Origin: Geosiphon pyriformis uo1
Lineage: Eukaryota; Fungi; Glomeromycota
Assembly: GCA_016748015.1 (NCBI GenBank)
Contig: JAAOMT010000599.1
Coordinates: 458,589 to 522,588, forward strand
DNA: 64,000 nucleotides
Direction of reading: 5' to 3'
Position numbers and translations under genes: made by a program. Below are positions 36,689 to 50,096 of this stretch, piece after piece. Position 1 is the first letter of the stretch, and each line of letters begins with the position of its first letter. The notes below the pieces were generated by a model. That model made no database searches. It was not told the DNA's origin and was given only the letters and a program-made list of their open reading frames with translations.

Positions 36689-39600
36689 CCAGAAACACCC
36701 AAATAACCTTTTATTTTGTGCCAGCTGATGTCCAAATTCTTTTTATGAATAATACCTACAATGTTATAATGTTTGATCCAACATCTGTTTTAGAAGTCTG
36801 GATATATCAAATCTAATTCCGATTTGCAAGCATCCAAAGCAGTTTGACTGTTTAAAAAAAGTTGAATTGAACTAAAAGAAGAGACACATTTGAGCACCAG
36901 CAAAATAGCCTGCAACTCTGTCATAGTAGAAAACACCAATCTAGAAACCCTAACACCTAAACCAAAATTTATATCCTTAAAAAAAAACAGCCATACCAGC
37001 CCTTATGTTGACTGTTCTCAGACTACACAGAAATCCATTTGTATAAACAGAAAGACAATTGGCATTAACACCCAATAAACAATTATAGACGACCCTAAGT
37101 TCATAAAAACCAAGAATATTTAACAAACCAATGTTCTCTAAGAAAGGAAAACAAACAAGAAGAGAAATCACACCATTAAAAAAATGAATTAAAAGTTTAA
37201 ACCAATTGGGAACCAGGCCACAAGAGTCTAATCTCTTCCATTTTTTGAATGTTTTTCAATTAAAGATTGCACTAACATGATTATAAAGTTGGTCCACAAA
37301 AACAATTTTATACCACCAAAGCAAAAAAATACACTTAAAATACATCAATCCACCAAGAACAAGTGACATAAGAATATTATTCTGAAAACAAAAAGCATTG
37401 GTCATAAGACCACCCAAAGACAGATTATACTCTAGAAAAATACAAATTATACCAGCCAAAAAATTATTTAACAAATTGATATTAATATAAATCAAAAAAA
37501 GTAAAAAGTAGTGTAAATGCCAGCTGAGCACCTATAGGTTATGTAACTTATACACAAAAAAACAACCCAAAACCCTATTAAAATTAGCAAAATAGACAAT
37601 AGAAACCAACTTGTTTTCTGCTTAAATCTGTTTAAAAAATTTTAAATCATATAAAAAAGAGTGATATATTGTATTATTGGGAAAATTAAGTGACAGACCA
37701 AATTTGGATTTCAAGTTCTTGCAAATCAGAGTATCTTATTTATTACACACACCAATAAAAATAAAGCTGAATTGAGTTTTATAACTAATAATAAGATAAA
37801 AAACTGCTAACATTAGATATAAAAACTGTTTATTAGAGATTGCTTTTCTCAAAACAAGATTGGCAAAAAATTGAACATCTGAATACATCTTAGCCAAGCT
37901 AGACTTAAACAAACCCTTAGAAGATAAAAAAATGTTCAGATAGTAATAAAATTCTCTTTTTTTGGCAATAAAAATAGGCAAGTTACTGATAGACAAAGAT
38001 AAACTTGCAACTCTGCAGTTAATAAAAATGGCCACTGCCTTATTATTGTTTATAAAAATGTTATTAATTCTAAAAAATTCACTAACAATGCTGAGAATAT
38101 GCTGTGTGGCAGTTTGACTATTATCAACTCAGATCGTATTATTAACAAATATACTAGCAGCAAGAAAAAAGATCAGCCCAGCCTGAGATTCAGATCAGCC
38201 AGTTTTGACAACATAATAAGAATTCAATATATAATCATACACTCTTCTGTTTCTTAACTTTACACAAAAACAGATTATAAAATATGTACCAAAGAAGAGA
38301 TGAGAAAACTTCCTCTTAATTTAACCCATCATAAACCTGATAACTACCAGTTAAACCAAAATCAGTTATAACTCTGTTAATTTGATTATTGTGAATACTA
38401 CCAAAAAATTTAATGAATCTGCCACACATTTTGACCTTAATCAAACTTTTCTTGAGATGTTTCTATCCAACAGAATCATAACTCTTGTGTATGTCTTCTA
38501 AAACCAGCCACAATTTATAGTTCTTTTCCAAGACATCTTCTACTATTAAGCCAATAGCAAAAATAGGAAATTGTGTTGTTGTACTTTTAGAACAAAAAAA
38601 TTATCCTTATGAAGAACATCAAAAGTGCTGCAAGTCAAAGAGATCCTGTCTGAAAAAATTTTAGAAAGAACTTTACAAGTTGTTTTAATTAAGACAATAG
38701 GTCAAGTATTTGTAAAAACACTTTCCTTACTTATATGATTTGGGAATTATTAAGACTCAAGCCTCCTTTCAAGAACCAGACACTGACTTACAAGTCAAAT
38801 AAGAATTCAAAAGCACTAAAAGCATATCTAACACAGATTTGTCACAATGTTTTCACAATTCATTTGAGATATTAGAAAGACTGGCAGTTTTTCCATTGAA
38901 CAAAGCCAAGATTACATCAAGCATTTCATCAAAACTAATCAGACACATTACATTTAAGAAGGCATCATTAAAAACATAATCCAAAGATTAATACTGGTGA
39001 GACCAATTATCAGAGAGATCAGAAACCACAACATACTTCCAAGTCCAGTCTTCTATAATTATATCTACTTTTGCTTTGACCTGATTGGACTCCAAAATCA
39101 GTTTATCTTCAATAACCAGATGGTTTAATACCACTCTGCAAAAAGAATGTTTTAATATATTTCTAATAGTGTGACTTTTGTTTAGTTCAAAATCCTCCAT
39201 TTTTTTGTCAATTGCTGATCTAATTCAAGACTTTTTAGCACATCTTAATTCTATCATCTTAGAAGAGCAATAAAACTTCTTAATCTTAGCCAGAGCAGAC
39301 CTAATAACATTAAAATGAGATTCCAAAAAGAAAAGAAACTTCACTACAAAGGCATTAACAGAATCAAAACCACCTTATATATCCAACAATGATACAAACT
39401 CATCATGAGACACTTGACAAGAGGCTTTAACAATCTTAAATACCAAAAGTTCTAGCTTGTAAAATTTGGATAATTTCTTAATATATACACTATCATATTC
39501 TTTGAACTATTTCTTCTTAAAAATCTTTTCAGCTGACAAACATACTGCTTTGTGAACAGCATCTTACATTATGTTCAAATCTGAAAACTTACTAGATACA

Positions 39601-42340
39601 CAAAATTTATCAGAAAACATAGCTGCATTTGCAGCTATAGCATCCTTAAACTTGGCCCACTTGGCATTATTAGCATCTTTAAAATTGAATTTCCAATGGT
39701 TTTTGTTTGCTTGTTTGTGAAGAGAGTGCAACTGTGTATCCAATAATTCACTTAAACTCATTGACACAAAAACAGCTCTATAATCAGTATTAAAATATTC
39801 ACCAATAAACAAGATATTGTAACATACCACCACATTGACCAAGTTTAAAAAAACAAACACATAATCAATTGTTTTTTTGGCACTTCTCAAGTTTTTTTAT
39901 GTGTGATTTTTCTTAACTAGACTTCCCAACAGAGAATTGGCCAAACCCAAGTCATAATATTTCTTAAAACTAACATACTTGCATGAACCATTTTTATTGA
40001 AATTATCACTTAGAATAACAAAAAAAAATTTATTAACAGCCTTAGCTATCAAAAAATTAATATCATTAGCTTAAAAAAAACAAGTAACTATTAAGGCTCT
40101 AGCATAAAGTCTTAGAATTAAAACAGAAAGTTTATTTTTAAAAAGAAGCTTGACAAAAAAAAACTGACCAGATATCTCCAAAATCTTGTATACATGTCTA
40201 AACAGAGAATTATCTATAACAATTACGACATCAGAACCTAAATAACCAGAGTCTAATCCAGAAGTGAAAACTCAAACACCATTAATTTATTAGTAATCCA
40301 CAGATGAATCTTTTCTTTTAACTTTGTTTCTGTAAAAATTAAAACCAAATTGTTTATATTCTTGTGCCATTGAACAACATCTGCTTGCTTAGCAGGGTTG
40401 TTTATGCCTCTTATATTACATGTAGCCACCTTCTAGACAAAATCAATTATTGGGGAGAATGGACAACAGGCATCAAACCAGCATTGTCTACTTTGGCCAT
40501 CAGACTTATAATAGTAACTGAGAAATTTTTCAAAGTCACTTTCAACTTCAAAATTACAGATTGATCAAAAACTACTACTTCCATAATAGTTTCAATACCA
40601 GTAGTTATATCTGAACCCTCACTTATTACTATATTTATCTCTTGATTCTGTAATGAAGAGATCACTAATGGTTAACATTCAGGGCTAAGCTGGAAAACCA
40701 TTGGTCCAAATGTGTCCAACCTTTTAGCCAACATGTTCTGCAAGGTTGATGAGACTGTGCTCAAGAGTGGCAAACCTATTATTCAGTTTTATAGATACCA
40801 GTGGAGTAGACTCTATTTCTAAAAAGGAGCCAAAACTAGACAAATCATTACTAGCAAAAAGAGGAGAAAAAGATAATCTATCAACAATTTTTGCCCAAGA
40901 AGCACTACTAAAAGAAACAGAGTAAGCAACTGGTGCCAAATGCTTGGCATAGATGGCTGCCAGTCTGCTTTTATTTTTTTCAGATAACACCCTATGAGAA
41001 AAAGCATCAAGAAAATTTTTCTCACCTAAAGGACAGCCCAATGATATATGTCTTATCTTTTCATACTTATCACATTTGAAGAAACCCAACTGAAACCAGT
41101 GCAGATTGGCACCTCTTAAAACCAAAGTAATTCCCATAATAGTGGCAAGTAAATTGGCAGAGTTAAAACATACCACAGCACATCTGAATTGAACATATAT
41201 AACCAGATAATAATTAATAATACAAGTTTTACTACCAACTAATCCAATAAAGTTTCAGATATCATGTGCATTTGTTCTCATTAGCAATATATACAACAAT
41301 ACTTTATGATTATTTCTTATATCCCATAATTTCTTGTTCATGTTAGTCCTAGCAATATAAACTGCATCTTTCCCAATTAAGATAAACTATTTTGTTACAG
41401 CCAAATTGGCTTGATCTATCTGTTTAAATTCTACAATAGCTTTCTGCCAAAGACTTACCAATTGTATCTTAATCGACTTAATAACACCAAACTTAAATAG
41501 CACAGTACACACAGTCTTAGCTAATGTTTCAACTGGAATTTTTTTACTATTACAGTCTAATTAACAGATTTCTTGAAATTAGTATTCATTATGATCTTCA
41601 CATCTTCAGCCTTTTTAGAAGCCTGTGCCATACTTAATTCAGAAGTAAATGTTGTCTTAATAATCTCAGCAAATTTTGAGGAAGTAAAAGCCTTCCCAAA
41701 ACCATTGATTTTTGAAAACAACTTTCTAACTGCCACCAGCTTTTCATGAGAGAATTTCCCAACTATCTTATCCAAACCAATATCTAAAGTGAATGATTTT
41801 TTAATTGAAACATTAACCAATATCTTCAAAGAAGGAGAGAAGTCCAGAGGAGTGTTCAACAAAATATCATTATTATTATCATCACTCAAAAAGTTAATTT
41901 TGTTCAAAAATTTTCTCAATACCTTTTTGGTTTTAACATGTGAGTCTTTTGGAGTTTAGTCTGCATTTTTACTACCAAAAGTGGCTTCATTATTATAATC
42001 AAAACTGGTCTTCTTAATTAAACACTCTTCTTCTATGTCAATGCTATTAAATTCTGTAATATCACCAGTTTCCAAACTTCAAGAACAGTCACCTATTACT
42101 TTAGCAAAAATTTTCTTAGTTTTAATATTATTCTTCAAAATTTCATTTTTTCTTTTCTTTCTTAAAAGCATAGGCTTAAAACCACTAACCAAACCAGAAT
42201 TTTTGACAGCTTCTTTTATGACAGCAATACTAGAGTCAACAGTAGTCTTGTAATTAAGCAAAAACGGTTTGGATTTATTATACTAAATAATTAAAAAACT
42301 TTTGACTCTTTTTTGGAAATTTTGAATGAAAAAAAGAAAG
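36689..42340 (-). mobile_element. LINE-like non-LTR retrotransposon J2: ORF1 (~40447-42260) and ORF2 APE endonuclease-RT-RNase H, 3' end cut by F
   Basis: ATCN(I)RGINN...TETK endonuclease start at ~40430; PIVLIKT..KVLSKI and decayed FVDD (FVNNT ~38140) in RT; YT(N)G...ELQAI...(N)SQ...WHKIKG RNase H at ~36690-37050. Confidence 0.88.
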
Positions 42341-45300
42341 AAGTTTCAAAAAAAAATTTTATTTTATTATTAAAATTTTTAATATTAAAATTTATTTATT
42401 TTTGGTTTTTAAGTAAAATTATTTTTATTAAAATCATGTATAATATTCTTTACAAACTTTTTTAGTTATATTATTATTAGAAAAAAAACCTTATTTTTTT
42501 TCTATATCTCAAATTTTTGAAAAAATGCTTTATTTTAAAAAAAGTTTTTTTCTGTTTTTGCTTATTTTTACTATTTAATTAGATATCTTAAAACTTTTTT
42601 TGTTTAAATACAAGACTGTTAATATTAGCAGAAATTTAAATATAAAAGAATTCAAAAAAAAATCTAGCATTAGTTTTATGGTTTCAAATTTGTTTGTCAA
42701 AAAAAATACAAAGATAGTGTTTTGAAAAAACTTATTATTAGAGCCAATACTGAAGTTTTTTAAAAGTTAATTAAGACTGGTTGAATGACTGGTTTAAATG
42801 TTGACAATACTATTAATACTAAAAGTGTAAATATAAATAAAAAGTTTCTAGTTAAAAAGACTAGCTTTCAACTTGATAGTAATAATAAGTCAAAGTTTAA
42901 AGATATTAACATAACTTCTAAAAAACTGAATAAAATTATTATTAAGCATATACTTAAAAAGTTTTTTAAACAGATTAATTTTGATGTTAGCAATAATAAT
43001 AAAAACAATGTTTTGAATAACTTTTTTTTTTTTAAGTCTTTGGTAAATATTCTGGTTTGTAAATTTTTGCTTTGAATATTAATCTCTTTGCTGTGTTTAA
43101 AAAATTAGCTCAAAATAAACTAAAAATTATTAAAAAAATTTTTTGATATTAATGATTTTGAAAGAGTCTTTATTTTTTTAAAATTTAGTGTAATAATCTG
43201 AATATTATTTACTTTTAAAAAAACAATATTGGTTATGACAAATTTGGCTAATAATCAAATTATTATAATAAATTCTAATTTTAAAAGACCAATAAACAAT
43301 TATATAAATTAGACAATAATCATAAAAAAAATTTCTGTGAAAATATTTGTGGAGGTTGTATGAATTGTGCTTATTAATTTTGGTACTATTAAGTTAATTA
43401 AAATATAATTAGTAGAGCTATAACAAAAAACAATTATAGAATTAAAAAATTAGAATTAAACTAATTTTTTGGTATTTAAATAGTCTATTTTTATTAAGAA
43501 AAATACAATTTGTGTGATCAGAATTAATATTAATAAACAATTATAAAAAAGTTAGAAATATGTTTAGAGTTTTGCTTTATATCTCTCTTATAAAAACAAA
43601 TATTTATAATCTTTGAACTTTTATTGGTTTAATTAAAAAAAAACTTGTATAATTAATTGTAACTTTATTAATTACAATTATATTAAGTACACAACTATGT
43701 ATTTTGATTCAGAAAAAAGCTTGGTTAAAACAATTACTATAATCTTTGTTATAAAAAATATTGTATTTTGTTGGTCTTATTTGTTTTTGATTTTTTATTC
43801 AGTTTATAATAAGCTTAATTATATCTTTTTTAGATGAAGTTTAATTAATAATAGACTAATATTTAAGAAAAAAAGCTTTTTATTTGGCTCTAAACCAGTT
43901 TAAGTTAACTTGTATTTATACAAAAAATCTGTTTTTATTATCTATTCAGTAATTTTTAGAGGTAAATCTTAAATGTCTGTTGTTAATAAATTTTTTATTA
44001 AATATTTTCTGGTATTTTTTTTTGGTTTGGTTTTTTAAATAAAATTAAATCTTTTTCAATAATTATGAATGATTTGAAACTGTATTTTAACAAAATTAAA
44101 AGTAGTTTTACTAGCTTTATAAAAAATTAGATATATTTGTGTTAGTAATTTTTTAGTTTAGCTCTAAATATTAATTGTTAATAATCTTTTTATCATAAGA
44201 TCAAATAAATAATATAGTAATAAAAAAAGGTTTAAATGTGTTTACTAGTAACAAAACTGCTATTAAGCTAAATATTTTAGTATTTTCTGATATAATTAAA
44301 TTAAAAATTCAATTAAAAGATTTAATTAGCTTGGTTATAAATTTGTTGACAAGATTTAATAGTCTGAATTTAGCTTAAAGTGTGCTTTTTTCTTTAATAT
44401 CTTAATAATCAGTCTTATTTAAAAGATTACTATATACAATATAAAAAAAATAAACAATTTTGCTAAGCAAAATAATATTATTAAGTAACATAAAGAATTA
44501 AAAATTGATATTTTAATTGTTACTAAAATTAAACTTAATTCTAATATCAAGTCATAGGTTGCAAATAAGTTTGCAAATATAAAAATATTTACTTTTGGTT
44601 TAAATTCAAGTTATTTAGATGCTAATATGACTTTAATTGTAAATAAATACTTAATTAAATATATTTTAAAAATTTTAGAAGTTTTTAATAGACTTTTAAT
44701 AAGTTGTTTATTATTTAAAAACAAATAATCAGTTTTTGTTTTAAGTTTATATGCAGATATATTTTTAGAAAGATATTTGAATTAAGCAAATATTATCAAT
44801 TTTTTTATTGTTAATATATTTAATAAGAATAATTTTGTTATTTTGAAAAGTAATTTCAATAAAAAAGTGTTAAGTATAGTATTAATTTTAAGAAATATGT
44901 GAATATAGATTTAATTAATTCTTTAGTTGATAGTTTATTTGTTAAACTTTTTATGTAAAAAAACTTAAAAAAAGTTAGAAAGACAATTAATTATATTTTT
45001 ACATTGTTAAATTTGGTTAATGTTTTTACTAACAAAAAAGTTTTGAATGTAGATAATTTTTTTAATATTAATTATCTTATAGTTTTTGTTTTGATTGGAT
45101 TAAATAGTATTTTAGATATATATTAAAGTATTTTTTACAAGCAAACTAACAGAAACTAATAAAAATACAACTTTAAAAAAATTAATATAACCTAATAAAT
45201 TCTGTTTAAGAATACTATATTGGCAAATATTATTGTGTTTAATAAAAACTTTGATTATATAAAAAAAATTTCTGATTTAAATATTATGTAGAATATTATT

Positions 45301-46153
45301 AAGAAAATTGTTAGTTTTTTGGCCAATAAAATTTTTTCCAAATTTTGAAACCAAAATTTTGATAGCATTTTTACTAAAGTTTTATTTTGCTTTTACAAGT
45401 TGGAAATTTTAATATCTAAGATTATTTAGACTTTATATTTGGACTTTAATTATAAGTTAGATAACTTAATTGCTTATTGATTATTATTTAACAGCTTATG
45501 TACATATTATGTTTAAGATTTTTTGGTATTAGATGCTAATTTTAATACAGTTAGATCTAAGTTAACTAAAGTTTAAAAGATATATTATGTATTCAAGTTA
45601 ACTAAGTTTTAATAAACTAAAATTGTAAAAATTTATGCTATTATTAATAAAAAAAATAAAGAGTTTTAAGATTAATAAAAGCAATATTATCAAAAATGTT
45701 TTAAAGTAGATTATTTAGTAAATAATAAAAATTTGGTATTAGAGTCTAAAAAAATTAAATCTTAAGTAAATTTAATTATAAAAAAATAAATAAGAAAACA
45801 TAAAATATTAAAAAATGTTTTGAATATTTTGTATTAGCAATACTTATTTTTGGCTTATGTAGTTAATAATGTTTTTTTTGTAATTATAAATAAAATTGGT
45901 CTTAATAAAATATTGAATATTGTATTAAAATTAGTAAATAAAAAAGCTTCTGGTTTTTTGAAATATCTAATAAATTTTAGAAATCTTGTAATTTTTTAAT
46001 TCTGAATTTTTTATTAAATTTTCTTAACAGTTGCTTGACAAGTAAATAAGTTTTTTAGTCTTGAAAAAAAATTTGGGTGTTAATAATTCTTAAATTATAT
46101 GAATAAAAAAAGATTTTAATTAATTTAAGACTTATTGTATTAATTAAAACTGT

Positions 46154-47011
46154 TGTTATGGGATGGTTTTCTTGTTATATTTAATTGCAATCAGTCTTTC
46201 GTGAATTCTTCAATTCTATTTGTGTGATAATGTCACTGTTATACTGAAGGCTTTCTTTTTAATGTTGTAATATAAGTTATTTTTTTCAATTCCTGATTGT
46301 TGTGTGTGTTTATGTACTCCTTTTCAGAGGCTGAACTGAAATCTACCCACTGTTTGGGGTTTTCTCTGAGGCTATCCTTGCAATTGCCTGATGTGTTTCT
46401 CTAATCTAGAAACACAAAATGTTAATGGTCTTTAGCGCTTTCTCTAATTCTTACAATAAAGCTTTTATCAATTAATAATAACGTGAATAATCTTGATCAA
46501 GGATTATTCTTCCAAGGGATTCAGTTGACAAATGATAGTTTCATTCAATAATTAATACAAGTAAATTTCTTAATACTTTGGGTTGTAATAATTCAGTTTT
46601 AAATATTCTTTTTCATTTCTTTTTGATTTAAAAGTTTCTTGGGATATTTAATTTGAAAGTATGATTTAAAGTGGAGTTTGTTGGATAAAATTGGATCTAT
46701 TGCTTGATAAGTTATGATTTTTATTACTTGATTAATTATTTCCCAATATTAAAACTATTGTATATATACATGTTTGTAGTTCTATAAGAAAACACATTGT
46801 AATACTTTCTTTTTGATATTTCAACCTGGTGTTTGCTGCTATCACCAGTTGGTGTTGGCTGCTATTGTGAACTGGTGCTTGTCACTATCGCAAGATAGTG
46901 TTTGCTACTATGTTAATCATTACCTTTCTAAGATTATTACTGTGCTATATTATGATTGAATAGTTTGTATTATTTTTATGATTCTTTTTGCTAAATTCTT
47001 AAACCATAACA
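46154..47011 (-). repeat. 3' LTR of element G
   Basis: Direct repeat of 53494-54370. Confidence 0.95.
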
Positions 47012-47117
47012 TTATCCCCTCCTTTTACGATTGAGCTCTATTGAAATCAAAGTTAATTTCTTCATTAAATTCTAAGTTACTATAGTGGTTCAATACTATG
47101 TTATTAATTTGTTGTTG

Positions 47118-47705
47118 TAATTCTTGTGAACATCCATGTTGGCAAATTAAGTCTTCATGTACAAATTGAGCTATGGAAATAGCATCAGCTGTTTTAATAG
47201 CTCTAGTTTCTGGTTATTTGGTGAGATAGTCCATGGCTACTGCAATATAATAGTTGTTTCTTGTTATTATTGGTAAGGGTCCAACTAAATCAATTCTGAT
47301 TCTGTCAAATGGCTGTCCAACTTTTATTGGTCTTAATAATTCTGTTGTTTTTGCTCCTCCTCTTCGTTGGCATGGGTCACAATTTCTTATGTATTGGATT
47401 ATGTCTGAACTCATTTTTGGCCAATAGTAATGGCTAGTTGTACATTGGATGGTTGCTGTTTTTCCAAAGTGGCCTGAATAAATATTTAAGTGCATGTTAA
47501 ATAAGATAGTTTCTTTTTCATTCGTGGTTATAACTCTTAATAGATTATCTGGATTTTGTCGATTCCGGTAATAAAGTATGTGATTTTGGATGAAATAGTG
47601 TTTTGCTAATTTTTGGAGCTTAATTAGCTCTTTTACTGGCATTTCTTTGTCTATTTGTAGTGTTTCCAAGTATTGGCTAAGGTTTTTGTAAAGGTGGTTG
47701 TTCAT
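47118..47705 (-). pseudogene. int: Element G integrase N-terminal half (separate ORF, truncated)
   Basis: Start MNNHLYKNL; H...GH...CDPC zinc motif and IDLVGP...DYLTK; ends after HGCSQEL. Confidence 0.9.
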
Positions 47706-47734
47706 TGTTGTTGTGGTGGGTGGGTTGGTGATTT

Positions 47735-49060
47735 TTATGTGTGTCTCATTCTTGACAAACAGTCAGCATTAGCATTTTTGGTACCTTCTTTGTATTTGAT
47801 AATATAATTGTATGGTGCTAACATTTGTGACCATCTGGCGTATTTTCCTTTTAGCGCTTTCTTGTTATTTAACCAGACCAGACCTCTATGATCTGTGGTA
47901 ATCTCAAAGGGTTGGTACCATAAATATGTGTCAAAGTGAACACAACTCCAGACTACTGCTAAGCATTCAAGTTTATGTGCTGTGTAGTTTTGTTCTGCTG
48001 TACTGAGACTTTTGCTGGCATAAGCAATTACACATTCTCTTTCATTATCATCTTTTTGTGACAGAATGGCTCCAAGTCCAGTTTCAAAGGCATCTGTGGC
48101 CAAAATGAATTTCTTGTTGAAATTTGGATAGATCATTATTGGTGATTCAATGAGTTTTTGTCTAAGGTACTCAAAAGCTTTTTGTTGTGCTTTAGTTTAT
48201 TCAAACTTCACATTTTTGGATAGTAGGTAATTAAGAGGTTTGGCAATGTTTGAAAAGTTTTTTACAAAGCAGCAGTAGTAAAATGCAAGTCCTAAAAAGC
48301 TTTTAACTTTTGAAACATTTTGAGGTACTAGAAAATTTTTTACTTTGTCTATTTTTGATGGATCTGGTTTTATTCCATCTTTTCCAACTACGTGTCCTAA
48401 AAATGCTAACTCATTTTTCCCAAAGAAACATTTTTCTAGATTTAGTTTAAGTCCAGCATGTCTCAATCTCTCAAAAACTTGTTGTAAATGTTGGAGATGA
48501 TCTGTGAATTTTGACGAGAAAACATTTGTATTATCCAAGTAGACAACAACGGATTGCCACAGGATTCCGGAGTAAATTATGTTCATTAGTCTTTGGAATG
48601 TCATGGGAGCATTTGTTAATCCAAATGGCATTACATTGAACTCATAATTGTCATTTTGTGTTGTGAATGCTGTTTTATGCCTGTCTTTTGGGTCCATTTC
48701 CACTTGCCAGTACCCACTAGTCAAGTCTAGTGTAGAAAACCATTTTGCTCCTCCAAAAACGTCGAAGATTTCGTCAATTAATGGTATTGGGTATAAGTCT
48801 TTGGTTGTTTTGCTGTTTAGTTTGCAATAGTTGATACAAAATCTAATTTTTCCATTCTTTTTCCTTACTAAAACAACTGGTGAGGACCATGGGCTTATTG
48901 ATGATTGTATTATTCCTTTTTCCAACATGCTTTGGACTTCTTCTCTGATAAAATTATGCTCCATTGGTGGAATATGGTAAACATGTTGTTTTTCCAGTCT
49001 GGCGTCTCCAGTAGAGATTTGGTGTTAAACCAAGTTGGTTCTTCCAAATTTGCCATTTTG
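47735..49060 (-). pseudogene. pol: Element G reverse transcriptase and RNase H
   Basis: ORF 48197-48964 (SPWSSPVV, LDLTSGYWQV, MPFGL, YLDN) and ORF 47735-48136 (ATDA, TDH, NADCLSRMRHT*). Confidence 0.95.
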
Positions 49061-49529
49061 TGAAAATATATCAGAGTATTTTAAAATTAATGCTTTTAAT
49101 TGTTGCTGTTGGTCAGGATCCATTGTTCCAATGTTTAATTTGGCCAATTCTAATGGTTGTTGTCAATTTATTGAAGTGAGTTCACAGTAGAGGGAAATTT
49201 AGAATTTCTTGTGGTGTTACCACATTTTCTAGCTCCATTTCGAGATATCCAATGATGATATCTTCTGGAATATAAACAAGTTCTTCTGTGGTGTTTGCAA
49301 TAGGAATTTTTATCTATTGAGCTTTATCAGCTGAAATAAAAAGGTTAGTAAGTCTTATGAAAAACTGTTGACAAGTTTCTGGGTAGGGCTCAAATATTAG
49401 GTTTTTTTCTTTAATTGTCCTTTTTATTCTTATTTCTGATTTTCCATATGGTAGGAGCATGATGGACCGCTCATTTTTAATTACTTCGCCTTTTTCCTCT
49501 ATTGTTTCAACAAAATTTGCTTCAATTCT

Positions 49530-49950
49530 TTTTTCTGTCGATCTGAAACCAAAAGTTCCTCTTGTTGTTTGTGACAATTCCTCATGATTTTCTACTGGCA
49601 TGAATTTCCCAATTTTTACCAATGATAAAAAAATTGCTTGTGCAATCTTTTCCTTAGATTCAATAGTATAAGGCTTTTCTGAATTGTTCTGTAGCAAAAC
49701 CATCAAATTTCCAGTGTATCTGGAGTCAATTACTTCTTCTTGAATGCTTATTCTTTTTTTCGCAAGGCTTGATCACGACGCTATTTGAACTATTATTCCT
49801 GGCAGAATTTTAACCGCTATTTTTAGGTTGATTTTGGTAATGCTTCTGAGTGGTAACATTGTGGATTGGTCTTTCGGATAATGTAGATCAAATCCAGCGT
49901 CAGTTGGATGGGCTCTTTCGGATATTATTCCTAAGTGCCTATTGTCAAAG
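49530..49950 (-). pseudogene. dut: Element G dUTPase
   Basis: AHPTDAGFDL, AS*SSLAK, VIDSRYTG, EKIAQAIF and RGTFGFRST: all five trimeric dUTPase motifs. Confidence 0.92.
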
Positions 49951-50096
49951 TATCGGATGTTGGTCACCTGTTCTAGGTCGGTATAGGCTACAAATTTTTC
50001 TGACTCGGGATCGTCAGATAAGTCTTGTTGATTTATTGATTGATTTTGAGACTGCTGATTCTCAATTTCCATTTTTCTTTCTAAGTTCCTTTTATC

